A stretch of 64,000 nucleotides of DNA from Octopus bimaculoides (GCF_001194135.2 NC_068992.1:33354929-33418928); one strand, 5' to 3'; counted from the stretch's first letter, positions 26,790 through 39,799 are shown. Notes: generated from the sequence alone by a model not told the origin. A program made the numbers and translations.

Positions 26790-27800
26790 ACAGCTATATG
26801 GTTAAAGTATGTTAGATAATGAGGTCAAACAAGGACAAAACATATCACCATACTTCTTAAGATCAGCTCCACACCCCACAGTAACACTTAAATTTCACAC
26901 AACATACCCTAATATTCCTTCAAGTGAATATTTGCTAGAAATGCTAACGGATGCTTCGTTCATCTGGTCTCTCAATGCCGTAGGTCTGACTTTAGAACTG
27001 GACTTATTAGATATGTGAATTACAAATGAACACATTACACTTAGAACAAATTCGTTTATCCATCGTCTGTCACCTTTGATGCTAGCATGAGTTACATTGT
27101 CAGAGGACCATGTCTTGCACATAACTGTTTGTAAATACTTTTTCTGGGATAAATTTATAGTGATATCTGCTTTGTATGTATTATATATACAGTGTTTTAA
27201 TCAGTATTTGCTTACTGGAAAAGTGATATTTATGAGCAAAGCTAGGGATCAAGCCTTCAACAACTTTAACAAGTTGATCTGATTTATTGTTCCATTATAG
27301 AGTATTTAAGCCTCGAACATAATCATTTGTCTACACACTTTTATCTTGTATAGATACCGTAGGAGTGGAATTATTTAAGGCTGTGCTGATAAATGTTTAT
27401 ATTTCTCATGAAATTAATTTATTTTAATGATATCCAATTTTCTTTTTGTACTCTTTCCTTATTTTAGCTATGTTGTTTATATAAATATCTAACAATTGTC
27501 AAAAGATTTCTAGCAAGACAGAGAAATCAAGGGATTCATTAAGAAAATCTTTGATAAGTTTGCACACAAAATAGACAATAAACAGGTACCTTGTGTCTAC
27601 TAATATTGATGCCAGTATTTGGCATTTACATATTACACAAACTTGAATGAAGACAACAATCCTTAGATGTAATTGTTTCATTTCAACAAAGAAGTATATT
27701 GTTCTTGTGTAAAATGTTCTCTGTCTCATAACAGGAAAGTATGGTTCTTTTGTAATAGAATTTAATTCTAAAGATTTAATGGTAAATACCATTCTACTAA
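26790..27800 (-). mobile_element. Possible piggyBac-like transposase remnant
   Basis: C-terminal QCNSC..KRICSKCNVFICNSH resembles the piggyBac Cys-rich domain; only a weak trace of the YNxxKGGVD motif. Confidence 0.3.
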
Positions 27801-28439
27801 TATCTTGAGCAGGCAATCGACCGATTAGTTGAATTGTGGTGTTTTACTAATACAAATGATGTAAAAGTGTTTTGATTCATGAGTAATATTATACTAAAAG
27901 GCTTGTATATATAAAGTAGAGAGCGACATACTAAAGGTGACCTCATCTTAATATCCAAATGGTAATGTAAAATTGCCTAAAAGAGGTATTGATTTTGTTA
28001 AGAATTCCATTAGCAAAATGTATATATAATTCTTGGATCAAATCACTATAAAGCGTTAACACCACAGTAGCATGCTATATTATTTATTAAAATTTGTTTC
28101 AGACAGAATACACTAGATGGTAATAAATAAAATGTGTTTACTTGAGAACAACAGTGAATAATATATGGAATTTTTATAAACATATTTCTGAGTCCATATC
28201 AAAGTGAAATTCAACACAGATTTTCTTTTTTTATATAACTATTCTTATTGTTTCACAAGTATATTTGACTTTATGACACACTGGGGATCAAATGAAAAAA
28301 TATGCTGGTGTACTTCACATGGAAAGTTAAAAAAACATTATCAGTTAAAAATATAGAAAACTATTGCTTCTTTGTTTTATTTGGTCTATTACTCATACTT
28401 ATATATGAAAAATATAACACAGATTTTTAAAAAATTATC

Positions 28440-28640
28440 AACATCAACACTTAACTTCTCTTTATCATGCTGGCATGGGTTGGACAGTTTGACCGGAACT
28501 GGCAAACTGAAGGGCTACACCAGGCTCTATTTGTCTATTTTAGCATGGTTTCTATGGCTGGATGCTCTTCTTAATTCCAGCCACTTTACAGAGTGTACTG
28601 GGTGCTTTTTACATGACACCAGTACAGGTGCTTTTTACAT
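28440..28640 (-). mobile_element. RTE LINE 3' end remnant
   Basis: tcatgctggcatgggttggacagtttgac..ttctatggctggatgc. Confidence 0.7.
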
Positions 28641-29200
28641 GGTTCCTAGCCAAGTGCTTTTCCATGTTGGAGAACTGATGATAGTCAGATGGGGCCAAAT
28701 CAAGAGAATAGGGAAGATGATCAACCAGTTTAAAGCCACAATCATGCACAGCAGCCGTTGCAAACGAGGAGTTGTGTGCTGGAGCATTGTCCTCTTGAAA
28801 CAAGACCATTTTCGTCAGTTTTCCTGGGCATTTGGCCTTGATAACCTTTTGTAACTGCCTCAGCAAGTTGGCATTGTACTCTCCATTGGTCATGTATCCC
28901 TTTTGAATAAGCACAATGGTTTTTGCTTCCACAAAACTGAGGTTGTCACCTTCCCTGAAGAGGAAATGACCTTAGCCTGCTTTGGAGCAGATGAGGAAGG
29001 GTGTTTCCCCAGCATGGATTGTCACTTTGTCTCTGGCTCAAAGGGATGAGCTCAAAACCCATCCCATTTAGGAAACATTCAAGAAATTTAGCTGGATCTA
29101 CCTCAAGCAATGTGAAATTTTCTGGTGATGAGATCAGCCTGGTGCACTTTTGATCAGGTATCAGAAGACGCAGCATCCACCTAGCAGGTACATGTATGAC
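28640..29200 (-). mobile_element. mariner DD34D transposase fragment (same family as 37700-38918)
   Basis: NGEYNANLLRQL..LFQEDNAPAH..PYSLDLAPSDY. Confidence 0.85.
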
Positions 29201-29229
29201 GAAGTGTAAGTGTTTTAAGAGAAAAATTG

Positions 29230-30570
29230 TTTATAAGAGGCAATAGATATAGTGTTCCAGAGGGAAGATTGTACTAGTATGATCATGTGATGTGTGAAGA
29301 TGAGGACAGCTGCACAAAGATGTGCTGATCACTAATTGTGGAGGGAATCTTTGCAAGAGTTAGAACCAAGACAATGTGGGACAAAGTCCCACATTGGGAA
29401 ATGATCTCCAGATGTTTATTCCCACAGAGGTGATAACAAAAACTGAGATTTCTGATGACTTACTGTGCTTGAGAAGTATTGTAACGTAGTTACTTGTCGC
29501 CAATTATTGTAGTATCACCACTATTTATGACGATACTTGTTTACACTATAACTGTAGTGACAATGAAATATATAATGAAGCAGGGTAAGAACAACATAAC
29601 ATTACAATCCAACAAACTCTCCATGAACTATAGATGAACCAACAAACGATATGCTGACAAACTACCAAAATGACACCTTATGACTTCTTGTGATTAGCGC
29701 TTAATTTCTGTCTCTCATTCAGACTGCTACTATTTATAATCATTTTGGTCAAGTCTCTTCCCACAGGAAGTGACGTGGCTCTCACCACAACAAGAAGACA
29801 TGTCAAGCTAAGCAAAATCTTGACAAGCCACCCCTCACATATACACAATCTGTCCTGTCAAATCTGGCCCACAACCTGTCTTCTTTATATACCCTCATCT
29901 CAAAACCTATGATTACAATCCCTTACATGCTGTGGGCCCCTCCACTCCTCCCACATGCATATCCACACACTCTACATGCCCTCACATATCTACCATACTC
30001 CCACTCCCTACCACTCCAATTTCTCTCCCTATATCATGCTACAGTCACCTCTTTCCCCATCTCTAAACATCTTGTTTCACACTCTTATGAAACACCCCAC
30101 TATCCCCTCAGTTCCACTTATGCTCATGCTGTCTGGTACCTGTGGGTAGGTCCTGATGCATCTCTAACACCATCTATTTTTATTTCTCTCTCTCTCCCTC
30201 CCTCTATCTTTCTCTCTAACTTTATCTCTCCTTCTTCTCTTCTCTTTTCATATACGTATCTCTTCTATAGCAAGACACCTATCTCTGTCTCTTTGTTATA
30301 CACTAACCTCTCACTTGGCACAAAGCCACTTCCTGTGGTTCCCCTCCCTCTACCAGTTGAGAGGTCTTTGTATCACAAGTTACTTGGTGACCTCACTGGT
30401 GTCAGTGTCATGTAAAAATCATCAGTGCTGGTTCCACATAAAATGTACCCAGTACATTCTGTAAAGTGGTTGGCATTAGAAAGGGCATTCAGCTATAGAA
30501 ACCATGCCAAAGCAGACAATGGAGCATAGTGCAGCTCTCCAGTTTCCCTCACCTATCAGACCATCCAAGT
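29230..30570 (+). mobile_element. RTE LINE 3' portion (ORF end + 3'UTR), interrupted by a solo LTR
   Basis: GHVMCEDEDSCTK.. C-terminal trace; element resumes after the LTR at agaagacatgtcaagc; 3'UTR ttggcattagaaagggcattcagc. Confidence 0.7.
29477..29792. mobile_element. Solo LTR (316 bp)
   Basis: Ends tattgt...acaaca (degenerate tgttgt/acaaca inverted termini); perfect 5-bp TSD agaag at 29472-29476 and 29793-29797. Confidence 0.7.
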
Positions 30571-31499
30571 CATGCGATATGCATATACATATACACATAT
30601 ATAGATTCGTATATATGTGTGTACATATGTATATATGAATGTTTGTGTATATTTTTTACTATTGGACATTAGAAAGGAATGTTTACATTAATGTGACAAT
30701 TGGAAATCCATAGTTTGTCAACACTCTGCTGTCAGAATTAAAGTCACAAAAGCAGAGAATCACTGAATAGCATATTGTAGCTATTAACAATCCATATCCT
30801 TGTCTCAAAAGAATTATTTGGGATTGTGTTTTGTCTTATTTCTAAAATTTTGTTTTAATTTCAAAAGCAGGTTTTGGTAAATATTTTCCAGCTTGTTTAT
30901 TTTTTAATGTAAATGTTTTTAATAAGTTTACTTTCTTCAAGTCATATTGCTTTCAAAAAGTAATGCTTTGAATGCAAATGTGCTTTTTCAGTTTACATTA
31001 AAGTATAAACCTGCAGTTCACATACAATGCATGTGATTAGTTCCATGGATTTTGAGGTGGGAAGGAGAGGTAGTAATGTTTTTATACATTTTGATTTTTG
31101 CTGTTTTGATTTTTAGAATTTTCTTCAATAAATAACAAGACCAATTACACTGTCAATAATTCTTATTCTCTGAGCATACACATATGTGGGTGTTTGTGCG
31201 TTTGTATGTGTGAGTGTGTGTGTATGTGTGCGCATGTGTGTATATGTGTGTGAGAGAGAGTGTGTAAGTGTGTGTATGTATGTGCATATGTGTTTGTGTG
31301 TTTGAGTGTGAAAACTGAGATCCTTTCTTGTCTTGTTTGAGCATTAAAGGAAAATGACCACCCAGTGTTTTTGGTCATTTACATGGCAAAACAATTGCAC
31401 CAGCCAGTAATGTTGTTTTGACTGGATGTTGAGACAGATTTCAAAAGTTGCAGTTCTTATTGTTTATCGCCAGATCAGTTCTGACTTAGAAGACCTATG

Positions 31500-31882
31500 C
31501 TCAATATTTTTCCAGCCATGAATACCAGAGCCTGTTTACAAAAATAGTATATCTAGTCTTGGCACTCTATCGATTATGATGATAAGGGTTCCAGTTGATC
31601 TGATCAACGAAAGAGCCTGTTCATGAAATTAACATGCAAGTGGCTGAGTACTCCACAGATACATGTACCCTTAATGTTGTTCTCAAGGATATTCAGCATA
31701 ACACAGAATGTAACAATGCTAGCCCTTTGAATTACAGGTGCAACTCATTTTTGCCAGCTGAGGTGACTGGAGCAACATGAAATAAAGTGTCTTGTTCAAA
31801 ATACAATGCACCATCGGGAACTGAACTCACATCCTTACAATTGTGAACCAAATACCTAAACCACTAAGCCACACACATTTCA
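31500..31882 (-). mobile_element. SINE family F (different head, tail shared with family E)
   Basis: rc head gtggcttagtggtttagg..gagttcagttccc; tail matches the 3' region of 15323-15700. Confidence 0.75.
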
Positions 31883-31985
31883 CTAGATAGTATATCTAGG
31901 ATTACATTATTCAATGAGTTTCTATTTATTCATTTATTTATCATGTGAATTTACAAAGTTTTGGCAAATATTTCTTGCATGACAT

Positions 31986-32200
31986 TAAGGTGGTGAGCTG
32001 GCAGAATCATAAGCACACTGGGCAAGATGTTTCATGGCACTTCATCCACCTTTATGCTCTGAGTTCAAATTCTGCTGAGCTTGACTTTGCTTTTCATCCT
32101 TTTGGTGTCAACAAAATAAGTACCAGTTGAGCACTGAGGTCGATGTAATCGACTTATCCCCTACCCTGAAATTTCTGGCCTTATGCCAAAATTTAATATC
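31986..32200 (+). mobile_element. SINE family A
   Basis: aaggtggtgagctggcagaatc..gagttcaaattctg..ataagtaccag. Confidence 0.8.
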
Positions 32201-32892
32201 AATATTACTTGCATGACAGTTCACCAGATCAAAATCCCCTATTAAGTCATGAGAAGAATTAAGATGTTTTATACCCTTGAGAGGCTTCCAGTTTCATATT
32301 CCTATTCTCTTTGTTATATTTTTTTATTTGGTCATCTACAGTATCTCAGTGATATATAGCTTATCAAACAGTAAGTCACAACTCAGTGATGGAGCCTCTG
32401 TGTGGCCATTCAGTCTCCTAAAAAAAGCTACTGTTGTCTTAAAACAAGGAAGAATATTCTTACATTATGTAGTTAGACGTATACTGTGTGAAATAATGGC
32501 AGGATGGTCATAGTATAAAAGACTTTGATCATAGATCTGCTTCTGATCATAAAATGCCTTTGATCATCGGTCATAGTTGATCAGGACCAAGTCTGGCTTG
32601 ATATCAGCAACAACCACAGCAATGATATCAAAACATGAAAAGTAAAACAGATGCCTGTGGGATTTCTAAACACAACAATTAAGTGAGAAATAACATAGAA
32701 AAATGCATCCAACTTTAATCAGTTTTTCACTCTTTCTTTCTCTCTCTGTCTTTCTCCCCCCTTCTCTCTTTCTCTCTCTCTCTCTATCTATCTATCTTTC
32801 TATCTATCTATCTATCTATCTGTCTATCTATCTATCTAGCTAGCTAGCTACCTGTCTGTCTGTCTGTCTATGTAATTATATATGTTTACGTC

Positions 32893-34427
32893 TGTGTATG
32901 TATGTATGTTCTTTTATTTGTTTCAGTCACTTGACAGTTGGAGCACCACCTTTAGTCGAACAAATCACCCCCAGGACTTATTCTTTGTAAACCTAGTACT
33001 TATTGCATCAGTCTCTTTTGCTGAACCACTAGGTTACAGGGATGTAAACACACCAACATCGGTTGGGAAGCCATTGTGGGGGGACAAACACAGACACACA
33101 AACATATACATACATACATACATATATACATATGTATATATANNNNNNNNNNNNNNNNNNNNNNNNNNNNNNNNNNNNNNNNNNNNNNNNNNNNNNNNNN
33201 NNNNNNNNNNNNNNNNNNNNNNNNNNNNNNNNNNNNNNNNNNNNNNNNNNNNNNNNNNNNNNNNNNNNNNNNNNNNNNNNNNNNNNNNNNNNNNNNNNNN
33301 NNNNNNNNNNNNNNNNNNNNNNNNNNNNNNNNNNNNNNNNNNNNNNNNNNNNNNNNNNNNNNNNNNNNNNNNNNNNNNNNNNNNNNNNNNNNNNNNNNNN
33401 NNNNNNNNNNNNNNNNNNNNNNNNNNNNNNNNNNNNNNNNNNNNNNNNNNNNNNNNNNNNNNNNNNNNNNNNNNNNNNNNNNNNNNNNNNNNNNNNNNNN
33501 NNNNNNNNNNNNNNNNNNNNNNNNNNNNNNNNNNNNNNNNNNNNNNNNNNNNNNNNNNNNNNNNNNNNNNNNNNNNNNNNNNNNNNNNNNNNNNNNNNNN
33601 NNNNNNNNNNNNNNNNNNNNNNNNNNNNNNNNNNNNNNNNNNNNNNNNNNNNNNNNNNNNNNNNNNNNNNNNNNNNNNNNNNNNNNNNNNNNNNNNNNNN
33701 NNNNNNNNNNNNNNNNNNNNNNNNNNNNNNNNNNNNNNNNNNNNNNNNNNNNNNNNNNNNNNNNNNNNNNNNNNNNNNNNNNNNNNNNNNNNNNNNNNNN
33801 NNNNNNNNNNNNNNNNNNNNNNNNNNNNNNNNNNNNNNNNNNNNNNNNNNNNNNNNNNNNNNNNNNNNNNNNNNNNNNNNNNNNNNNNNNNNNNNNNNNN
33901 NNNNNNNNNNNNNNNNNNNNNNNNNNNNNNNNNNNNNNNNNNNNNNNNNNNNNNNNNNNNNNNNNNNNNNNNNNNNNNNNNNNNNNNNNNNNNNNNNNNN
34001 NNNNNNNNNNNNNNNNNNNNNNNNNNNNNNNNNNNNNNNNNNNNNNNNNNNNNNNNNNNNNNNNNNNNNNNNNNNNNNNNNNGTAAAAGCACCCACTACA
34101 CTCACTGAGTGGTTGGCGTTAGGAAGGGCATCCAGCTGTAGAAACTCTGCCAAATCAGATTGGAGCCTGGTGTTGCCATCCGGTTTCACCAGTCCTCAGT
34201 CAAATCTTCCAACCCATGCTAGCATGGAAAGCAGACGTTAAACGATGATGATGATGATGATATATGATGGGCTTCTTTCAGTTTCTGTCAACCAAATCCA
34301 CTCACAAGGCTTTGGTTGGCCTGATGCTATAGTAGAAGACACTTTCCCAAGACACCATGCAGTGCGACTGAACCCGGAACCATGTCGTTGGTAAGCAAGC
34401 TACTTACCACACAGCCACTCCTGTGCC
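32893..34427 (-). mobile_element. SINE family B (head ~34265-34427, tail ~32893-33140) split by an RTE insertion and a gap
   Basis: rc head ggcacaggagtggctgtgtggtaag; tail tgtttcagtca..ggggacaaacacagac. Confidence 0.75.
34083..34262 (+). mobile_element. Young RTE LINE 3' end with (GAT)n tail
   Basis: 4 differences in ~165 nt versus the copy at 35365-35530; 5' part lies in the gap. Confidence 0.9.
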
Positions 34428-34436
34428 TATATTTTT

Positions 34437-34543
34437 AAAAATATGGAACACTTCACGAATTTGCATGTCATCCTTGTGCAGGGGCCATGCTAATATTCTC
34501 TGTATCATTCCAATTTTAGTTTATGTATTACCAAAGCAAAATG
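34437..34543 (-). pseudogene. RNU6: U6 snRNA retrocopy, full length (107 nt)
   Basis: rc reads ..ctaaaattggaatgatacagagaatattagcatggcccctgcacaaggatgacatgcaaattcgtgaagtgttccatattttt. 84/90 match to canonical U6 as recalled; ACAGAGA box and AGC triad present; 4 of 6 mismatches at CpG. Only ~50 nt of low-complexity DNA upstream before an RTE, so no evident promoter. Confidence 0.93.
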
Positions 34544-34592
34544 TATATATTATAAATATATGATATATATATACACATGTACACATACACAA

Positions 34593-35553
34593 AGTAAAAG
34601 GCAGACTGTATGACGCATGCGTACGAACAACCATGCTACATGGCAGTGAAACATGGGCTGTAACTGCTGAGGACATACGTAAGCTCGCAAGGAATGAAGC
34701 CAGTATGCTCCGTTGGATGTGTAATGTCAATGTGAATACCCGTCAGAGTGTAAGTATCTTGAGAGAAAAGCTGAACATTAGAAGCATCAGTTGTGGCGTG
34801 CAAGAGAGACGATTGCGCTGGTATGGACATGTGGTGAGAATGGAGGAGGATAGCTGCGTGAAAAAGTGCCACACCCTAACAGTTGAGGGAACCCGTGGAA
34901 GAGGTAGGCCCAGGAAGNNNNNNNNNNNNNNNNNNNNNNNNNNNNNNNNNNNNNNNNNNNNNNNNNNNNNNNNNNNNNNNNNNNNNNNNNNNNNNNNNNN
35001 NNNNNNNNNNNNNNNNNNNNNNNNNNNNNNNNNNNNNNNNNNNNNNNNNNNNNNNNNNNNNNNNNNNNNNNNNNNNNNNNNNNNNNNNNNNNNNNNNNNN
35101 NNNNNNNNNNNNNNNNNNNNNNNNNNNNNNNNNNNNNNNNNNNNNNNNNNNNNNNNNNNNNNNNNNNNNNNNNNNNNNNNNNNNNNNNNNNNNNNNNNNN
35201 NNNNNNNNNNNNNNNNNNNNNNNNNNNNNNNNNNNNNNNNNNNNNNNNNNNNNNNNNNNNNNNNNNNNNNNNNNNNNNNNNNNNNNNNNNNNNNNNNNNN
35301 NNNNNNNNNNNNNNNNNNNNGGCACATAAAAGACACCATTTCGAGCGTGGCCGTTTTCGTGCAGGTGACACGTAAAAGCACCCACTACACTCTCTGAGTG
35401 GTTGGCGTTAGGAAGGGCATCCAGCTGTAGAAACTCTGCCAAATCAGACTGGAGCCTGGTGTTGCCATCCGGTTTCACCAGTCCTCAGTCAAATCGTCCA
35501 ACCCATGCTAGCATGGAAAGCGGACGTTAAACGATGATGATGATGATGATGAT
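34593..35553 (+). mobile_element. Young 5'-truncated RTE (BovB-like) LINE
   Basis: Uninterrupted VKGRLYDACVRTTMLHGSETW..RRLRWYGHVVRM..GTRGRGRPRK; CpGs retained; (GAT)n tail. Confidence 0.93.
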
Positions 35554-35819
35554 AAATATATATGCATCAATACACAGAGAAGCTAATACATTTGTTTGAT
35601 GAGTATAATGAAGAGTGCTTGTAGAATGCCTGAATATATAAATGTAATACAAAAATAGCCATATCTCTGTGAAGGGAGGCCCATGTAGGCATTTTCAGCA
35701 GCTAAAAGTAACATGGAACTGATTGTTCTTATTTTCATGACTGTTTTAAAATTCATCAGTATCCACTAGTGCCTCCACTCCATGGGATCTAGTTTCATTG
35801 TGGAATGAAATACATAATC

Positions 35820-36030
35820 ATCATCATCATCATCATTATTATCATCATTATCATCATCATTTAATGTCTGTTTCCCATGCTGGATTGGGCTGGACAGTTT
35901 GACAGGAACTGGCAAGACTGGCATCCATCCCAGGCTCCATTGTCTGTTTGGCATGGTTTCTATGGCTGAATGCCCAATGCCAACCACTTTACTGAGTCTA
36001 CTGAGTGCTTTTTACATGGCACCAGCCACA
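35820..36030 (-). mobile_element. RTE LINE 3' end remnant
   Basis: (CAT)n then tttaatgtctgtttcccatgctgg. Confidence 0.7.
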
Positions 36031-36200
36031 TATGCTTTTAAAGATGTTTATCTATTCATGACTCATACTGTACTGGTGCTGTATTAATTATCATCAGATT
36101 GGCAATTGTGTACACTTTCACTCATCTATTCTCTTCCCTGTGTTAGTCATGCTGGAGCAATACCTTAAAAGCTTTTAGCCAAACATGTTGATGCACTTAC

Positions 36201-36238
36201 TTATTTTCAAGTCTCGCACTTTTCTTTGCAATCTCCTT
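36201..36238 (-). CDS. Candidate exon 3 (38 nt)
   Basis: ttttatttatgtaacag|AAGGAG...AAATAA|gtaagt; chain frame RRLQRKVRDLKI. Confidence 0.5.
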
Positions 36239-36859
36239 CTGTTACATAAATAAAAACATTGGCAGAGACAGACATGAAAGACAAACATGTGCACACACAT
36301 ACACACACACACACATGCACACACATGTGCATGCCCACATGCACACACAAGTGCATATGGATGCACACATACACACCAATAACCACAGGCTTCCATACAG
36401 TTTCCATCACTCTATTTTGCTCACAAGGTATTAAATAACTCATGGTGTGACAGAATATGTTCAAAATAGAGACCTCATGGCTGCAAATTCTGAACTAAAC
36501 AGCCCAGATTTTAATTTATTATCCATTATTATTGCTTAGTCACATGGGAAGGAGAAGCATGCAGATCCTTAAGAATTGTGAAGAACTAACAAATGAAATC
36601 ATAAGCTTTGATCTATTTCCAGACTGCCATAAAAATCTTTATGGAACATAATCACACTATGTCACAAAATGCATATATGGATATGTCTATATATCTATTC
36701 TATATATCATTTCTAATCTAAGACATACATTATTGATTGTCTGGTAATTAATAATTTTGGGGTTATACCAATTCTCATAGCAGTTTTAATTTGTGATCTT
36801 CTTGTAAAGACAATAATTAAGACACTTTTTATGGCTATGCCCCCACCCCCTCTCCCAAT

Positions 36860-37110
36860 CAAGAGGGGCTAGGGGCAGTGTTCTATAGATGCTGGTACCA
36901 TGTAAAATGCTCTCATGCTGGTGCCACATTAAAAGCACTCATGCCAGTAGCATGTAAAAAACATCCAGTACAGTCTGTAAAATGGTTAGCATTAGGCAGA
37001 GTCAAAACAGGCAATTGGAGCCTGGTCAGCTCTCTGGCTGGTCAGCTCCTGTCAAACTGACCAACCCATACCAGCATGAAAAACATATCTTAAACGGTGA
37101 TGATATTAGA
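36860..37110 (+). mobile_element. RTE LINE 3' end remnant
   Basis: gtaaaatggttagcattaggc..ccaacccataccagcatgaa. Confidence 0.65.
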
Positions 37111-37699
37111 CAATGCCTCACCAAAGAGGTTAAATACAATTTGAAAATGACTGGGGTTATCACTATAACTTACAAAAATGAAGCACTTATTTTCCACAGC
37201 ATATCTCTATTTCATATTCAATTTAAGAATCAGAGTGCTCTCCTTGGTTACTCTTCAAGACAAATTGTCCATCAACAATTTTATTATCATTACAGCTGTA
37301 AACCAATTGATTAAAAATTTCATTTGGCTCACTGCATTATTTATGTTAGCCTGTACTTTTGTTTTTTGAGGAAATGCCATCCTTGGAAAATTTTCCAACA
37401 GACCCAGTATTCATTGACATAAATCCATAGCCAGTAATAGTATTACTAAGCAAAAAAATATGACTGGAAGTAGATTAGTCAGCACACACTTTGTCAAAAT
37501 CAGATGACTGATTCTTTGGCAAGTTGTTTGTTTTTGTTGTTTAACAACACAATTCTGATTTAGCAGATCAGTAATCATATGTATTCCAATTGCAACCATA
37601 CAATCGTTTTAGGAATACATAGGACTACATTATACAAAATTTGAATTCCTTCTTTTAGCCAGTAGTGTTCATAAAAATGAAATCTGACAACTATTTCAA

Positions 37700-38918
37700 A
37701 CATGTCAATCATCCAAGTTCATAGAATGAGGCTAGAGTTATGAAATCTTGCATGCATTAATTTCAACCCTTCTTTTTAATAACCTCATTGCTTCTTTTTA
37801 GATAAACTGACACCTGACTGTTCAAAGAAGAATTCAAATGTAACTCATATTAACATTATTTGGAAATGGACAAAATTTGGCATACCTGCAGAAAAAGGAC
37901 TTAGCTCCCAAGAACATTCATGTTGACATGCTTGCTGACACTCCAGTTTTATCAGCAGTGCAAAAGTGGGCTACTAAATTTAGGAGGGGAAGGGGAAGTC
38001 TTGAAGATGACCCAATGTCTGGATGGTTTGAAACTGCTACCACTGAAAAAACATTCATTGTGTTCACCACACGGCGATGGATGTCAGGTGATTGACTGTA
38101 AATCAAATAGCCAATGCTATTAGCATATCCCATGAGAGAGTTGAGAATATTCTGCACCATGAACTTAGCATAATGAAGCTTTCTACTTGGTGAGTGCCAC
38201 ATCATGTGACACCTAATCAAAAGCACACAAGGTTGATCACATCGCTGAAAATCTGACATTGCTTGAAGCAGATCCAGCTGCTTTCCTCAAATGTTTCCTA
38301 AGCGAAGATGAGTGTTGGGTTCATCACTTTGATCCAGAGACAAAGAGACAATTTATGCAGTAGAAATACCCTTCCTCACCTGCTCCAAAGAAGGCCAAGG
38401 TTTTCATCAGCACAGAAGGTGACAGCCTCAGTTTTGGGGACGCAAAAGGTATTGTGCTTATTGACTATCTTCAAACAAAAGGGACACGCCATCAATGGAG
38501 AATACAATGCCAACTTGCTGAGACAGTTATGAAAGACTATCAAGACCAAATCCTCAGGAAAACTGATGAAAGGTGTCTTGTTTCATGGGGATAATGCTCC
38601 AGTACACAAGTCCTTACTTTTACTGATTGCAGTGTGTGACTGCAGCTTTGAACTGGTTGATCACCATTGTTATTCTCCTGATTTGGCCCCATCTGACAAT
38701 CATCTGTTCCCCAACATGGAAAAACACAGTGATGATGACGTCATTTCTGCTGTTGACTTTTTTGACCAGCAAGATGAAAGCTTCTGCATCAAGGAGAATG
38801 AAGCACTGCAACACCAATGGTAGAAGTGTGTGGACTAAAAAGGGGACTATGTTGAAAAATGGTCATATTCCATGAGAGTATCTTGTTCAACTTATGAACT
38901 TTACAGCTGACCCTCTTG
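37700..38918 (+). mobile_element. mariner transposon DD34D, near full length, degenerate
   Basis: ATG at 37866; DECWVHHFDPETK, FHGDNAPVH, YSPDLAPSD (34 residues between the 2nd and 3rd Asp). Right TIR remnant ..cagctgaccctc; left TIR not resolved. Confidence 0.88.
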
Positions 38919-39799
38919 CGTTTCGCTTTTCTAACCCACATGGTTTAATAAAGTGCCGTACCTTTTATAACAAAATTTTGTTGTTTAACCTTAGACCAGC
39001 CTTGATCGAGTAGCAAATTTTGATCAAAACCTTTCTAACAATGACCATCATAATATTTTTATTAGATATTGTCTATCCCAGACTTTAGAATAAGTACACT
39101 GCATCTATGCTTGTTGCAACAAGTGAAAAAATTGGTGTCAGGAAGGACATCTGACCATAAAATATAGCATCTAACACATACCAGGGTGAAAAGCAAAAAC
39201 GTTAATTCTAAGAAAAACAATAATGATGATGGTTGTGATGGTAATGATGATTATGATGATAACAACAATTGTGTACATTGCTTATACTATACAATGTGTC
39301 ACTTTATACTATAAGATAGCAAAATGTGATTTGAGCAAGATGCAGCTACTTTTTCTAGCACTGAACGATCGCACAGCACCTCCACTGGCTCATTATAAAA
39401 TACATTGTCATTGTTTAACCATAAATCAATCTTGATCAATTAGATTAGAGGCTTCATATAAAAACATTCCAGCGGTCACCATTTCTTTCTTTTTTCTTTT
39501 TACTATGTACTTTTCAGGATCAGATTATTTTATCTGTTCTTTTTGCAAATGATTAGTTTGTAATTTAAATGAAATTTGATGGTTATTTCTAGCAGATTGA
39601 GGATCCAGATAGTGGTTTGTTATACCAAAAGGGTTATGTACTAGTGTTGCTTATGTTTTCTAACTTAGATTTCCTAATTGATATATATTTAAGCTGATAT
39701 TTAAAGTATGATAATGAACAAGTTAATAGAATACAAAATTAATAACTGAGAGATTATTTCATATCCTGCCACAGGTTTCTGTGGAAAGCAATCCATATT

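Noticed and set aside
34437-34543. Functional U6 gene
   Set aside because: CpG-type substitutions in conserved positions, a damaged 5' stem-loop and no room for an upstream promoter.
34437-34920. U6-RTE chimera of the U6-L1 type
   Set aside because: U6 is on the minus strand and the RTE on the plus strand, separated by ~50 nt of low-complexity DNA; a template-switch chimera needs the same orientation.
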